Assembly (NCBI GenBank): GCA_951406725.2 | Contig: OX597819.1 | Span: 47,430,001 to 47,494,000 of the forward strand | Direction of reading: 5' to 3' | DNA: 64,000 bases | From: Octopus vulgaris | Lineage: Eukaryota | In this document: positions 63,031 to 64,000 of the stretch, in pieces | How the letters are laid out: each line of letters opens with the position of its first letter | Position numbering within the stretch: the first letter of the stretch is position 1 | Translations under genes and position numbers: made by a program | The notes under the pieces: model-generated | The model's input: only the letters and a program-made list of their open reading frames with translations | Told to the model about the DNA's origin: nothing | Databases searched by the model: none

Positions 63031-64000
63031 ATTATAAACATGGAACTTTATGCCTCTGCAAAAATTGCAAATTTTGGCTAATTATAATGCATGTCCATTC
63101 TCCATAACAGCATGGGTCATAGGGTTTAACAAGGGCTGGCCAGCTCTTGAGCTGCCTAGGATCCATTTTGTCTGCTTTGGCATGGTTTCCATGGCTGGAT
63201 GCCCTTCTTAATGACAACCATTTTACAGAGTGTAGTGAGTGCTTTAACATGGCACTGGTACAGGTGCTTTTGTGTGGCACCATCCGAGGCACTTTTATAT
63301 GGCCCCAGCACAGCATAGAAGTTTTGACAATGTACTGGCATGGGTGCTTTTAAGCAATACTGGCACAAGTACTTTTATGCACCACCAGCACCTATGGGCC
63401 ACAAAACTAGGACCTCTCAGTTGAGAGAGGGACATATAAAAGACAAGTATGTATGTATGGATTGCCATGATTTTACTTAGCTTGATGTTTAGATAATATA
63501 TTTCTGTGTCACAGAGACAAGTAAAAACAGACTAAAGATATAAAGAAACTAATATTTCATCTGATGAATAATTTTAAAACGATTTTAAAAAAATGAAGAC
63601 AAGAAGAAATAATGAAATCCTGTTAATAACTGTCTTCTAGATGGTGCCATAATTTATTGAGGAATGAAGTTTATGACCAGGACTTGATTCCTAATTGGAA
63701 CTACTGCATTTCAATTATATTTTTAATGGCCTTGGTAAAACTTTAAACATAGCAACACTGATAATTCTTCTCCTCAAAATGTCAGTATTCATGTCTATGT
63801 TGTCATCACTGTCTCCACCAGCTGCTGCTGCAGCTGTCACCACCATTGCCACCACCATCAGTATCAATTAGAATAAAATAATTTAAAAAGATATTAAGAT
63901 GTAAGGGTGCCCCAGGAAAATAGCTTAAAATCTTAAAAAAAGTGTGACGTTAAGCTAATTTTATTGCTCAGTTTTGATTCCTAACAGTTGTTAGTTCACT

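Noticed and set aside
61172-64000. Next upstream exon of the A2M-like gene
   Set aside because: No segment with suitable splice sites and MG1/MG2 motifs (e.g. TDKPIYKPG) found; probably outside the window

Overview
AT-rich, microsatellite-dense animal genomic DNA. The SINE families and simple-repeat style suggest an octopus/cephalopod genome, which is an inference. The whole window lies inside one minus-strand gene of the thioester-protein (TEP)/alpha-2-macroglobulin family. I traced 19 GT-AG exons (61171 down to 372; 2500 nt, 833 codons plus 1 nt) that splice in a continuous open frame from MG2 through the RKKR processing site, bait region and MG7 to the start of the CUB domain. The N-terminus and the thioester/receptor-binding region lie outside the window. 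The introns are filled with tRNA-derived SINEs, RTE, R4/Dong and CR1-like LINE fragments, a full-length decayed mariner, a Tc1/maT-like fragment and hAT, piggyBac and mariner MITEs. The most striking unexplained structure is a set of six unrelated intronic inverted repeats (140-500 bp). In five of them both arms carry a minimal type-I hammerhead ribozyme motif (CUGANGA...GAAA, short, often palindromic stem III) reading outward from the centre; the sixth has a single degenerate motif in its spacer. One fuses a tRNA-like Pol III head to the hammerhead. A candidate 68-nt mutually exclusive alternative to the furin-site exon was also found. Almost all listed six-frame ORFs are spurious or repeat-derived.
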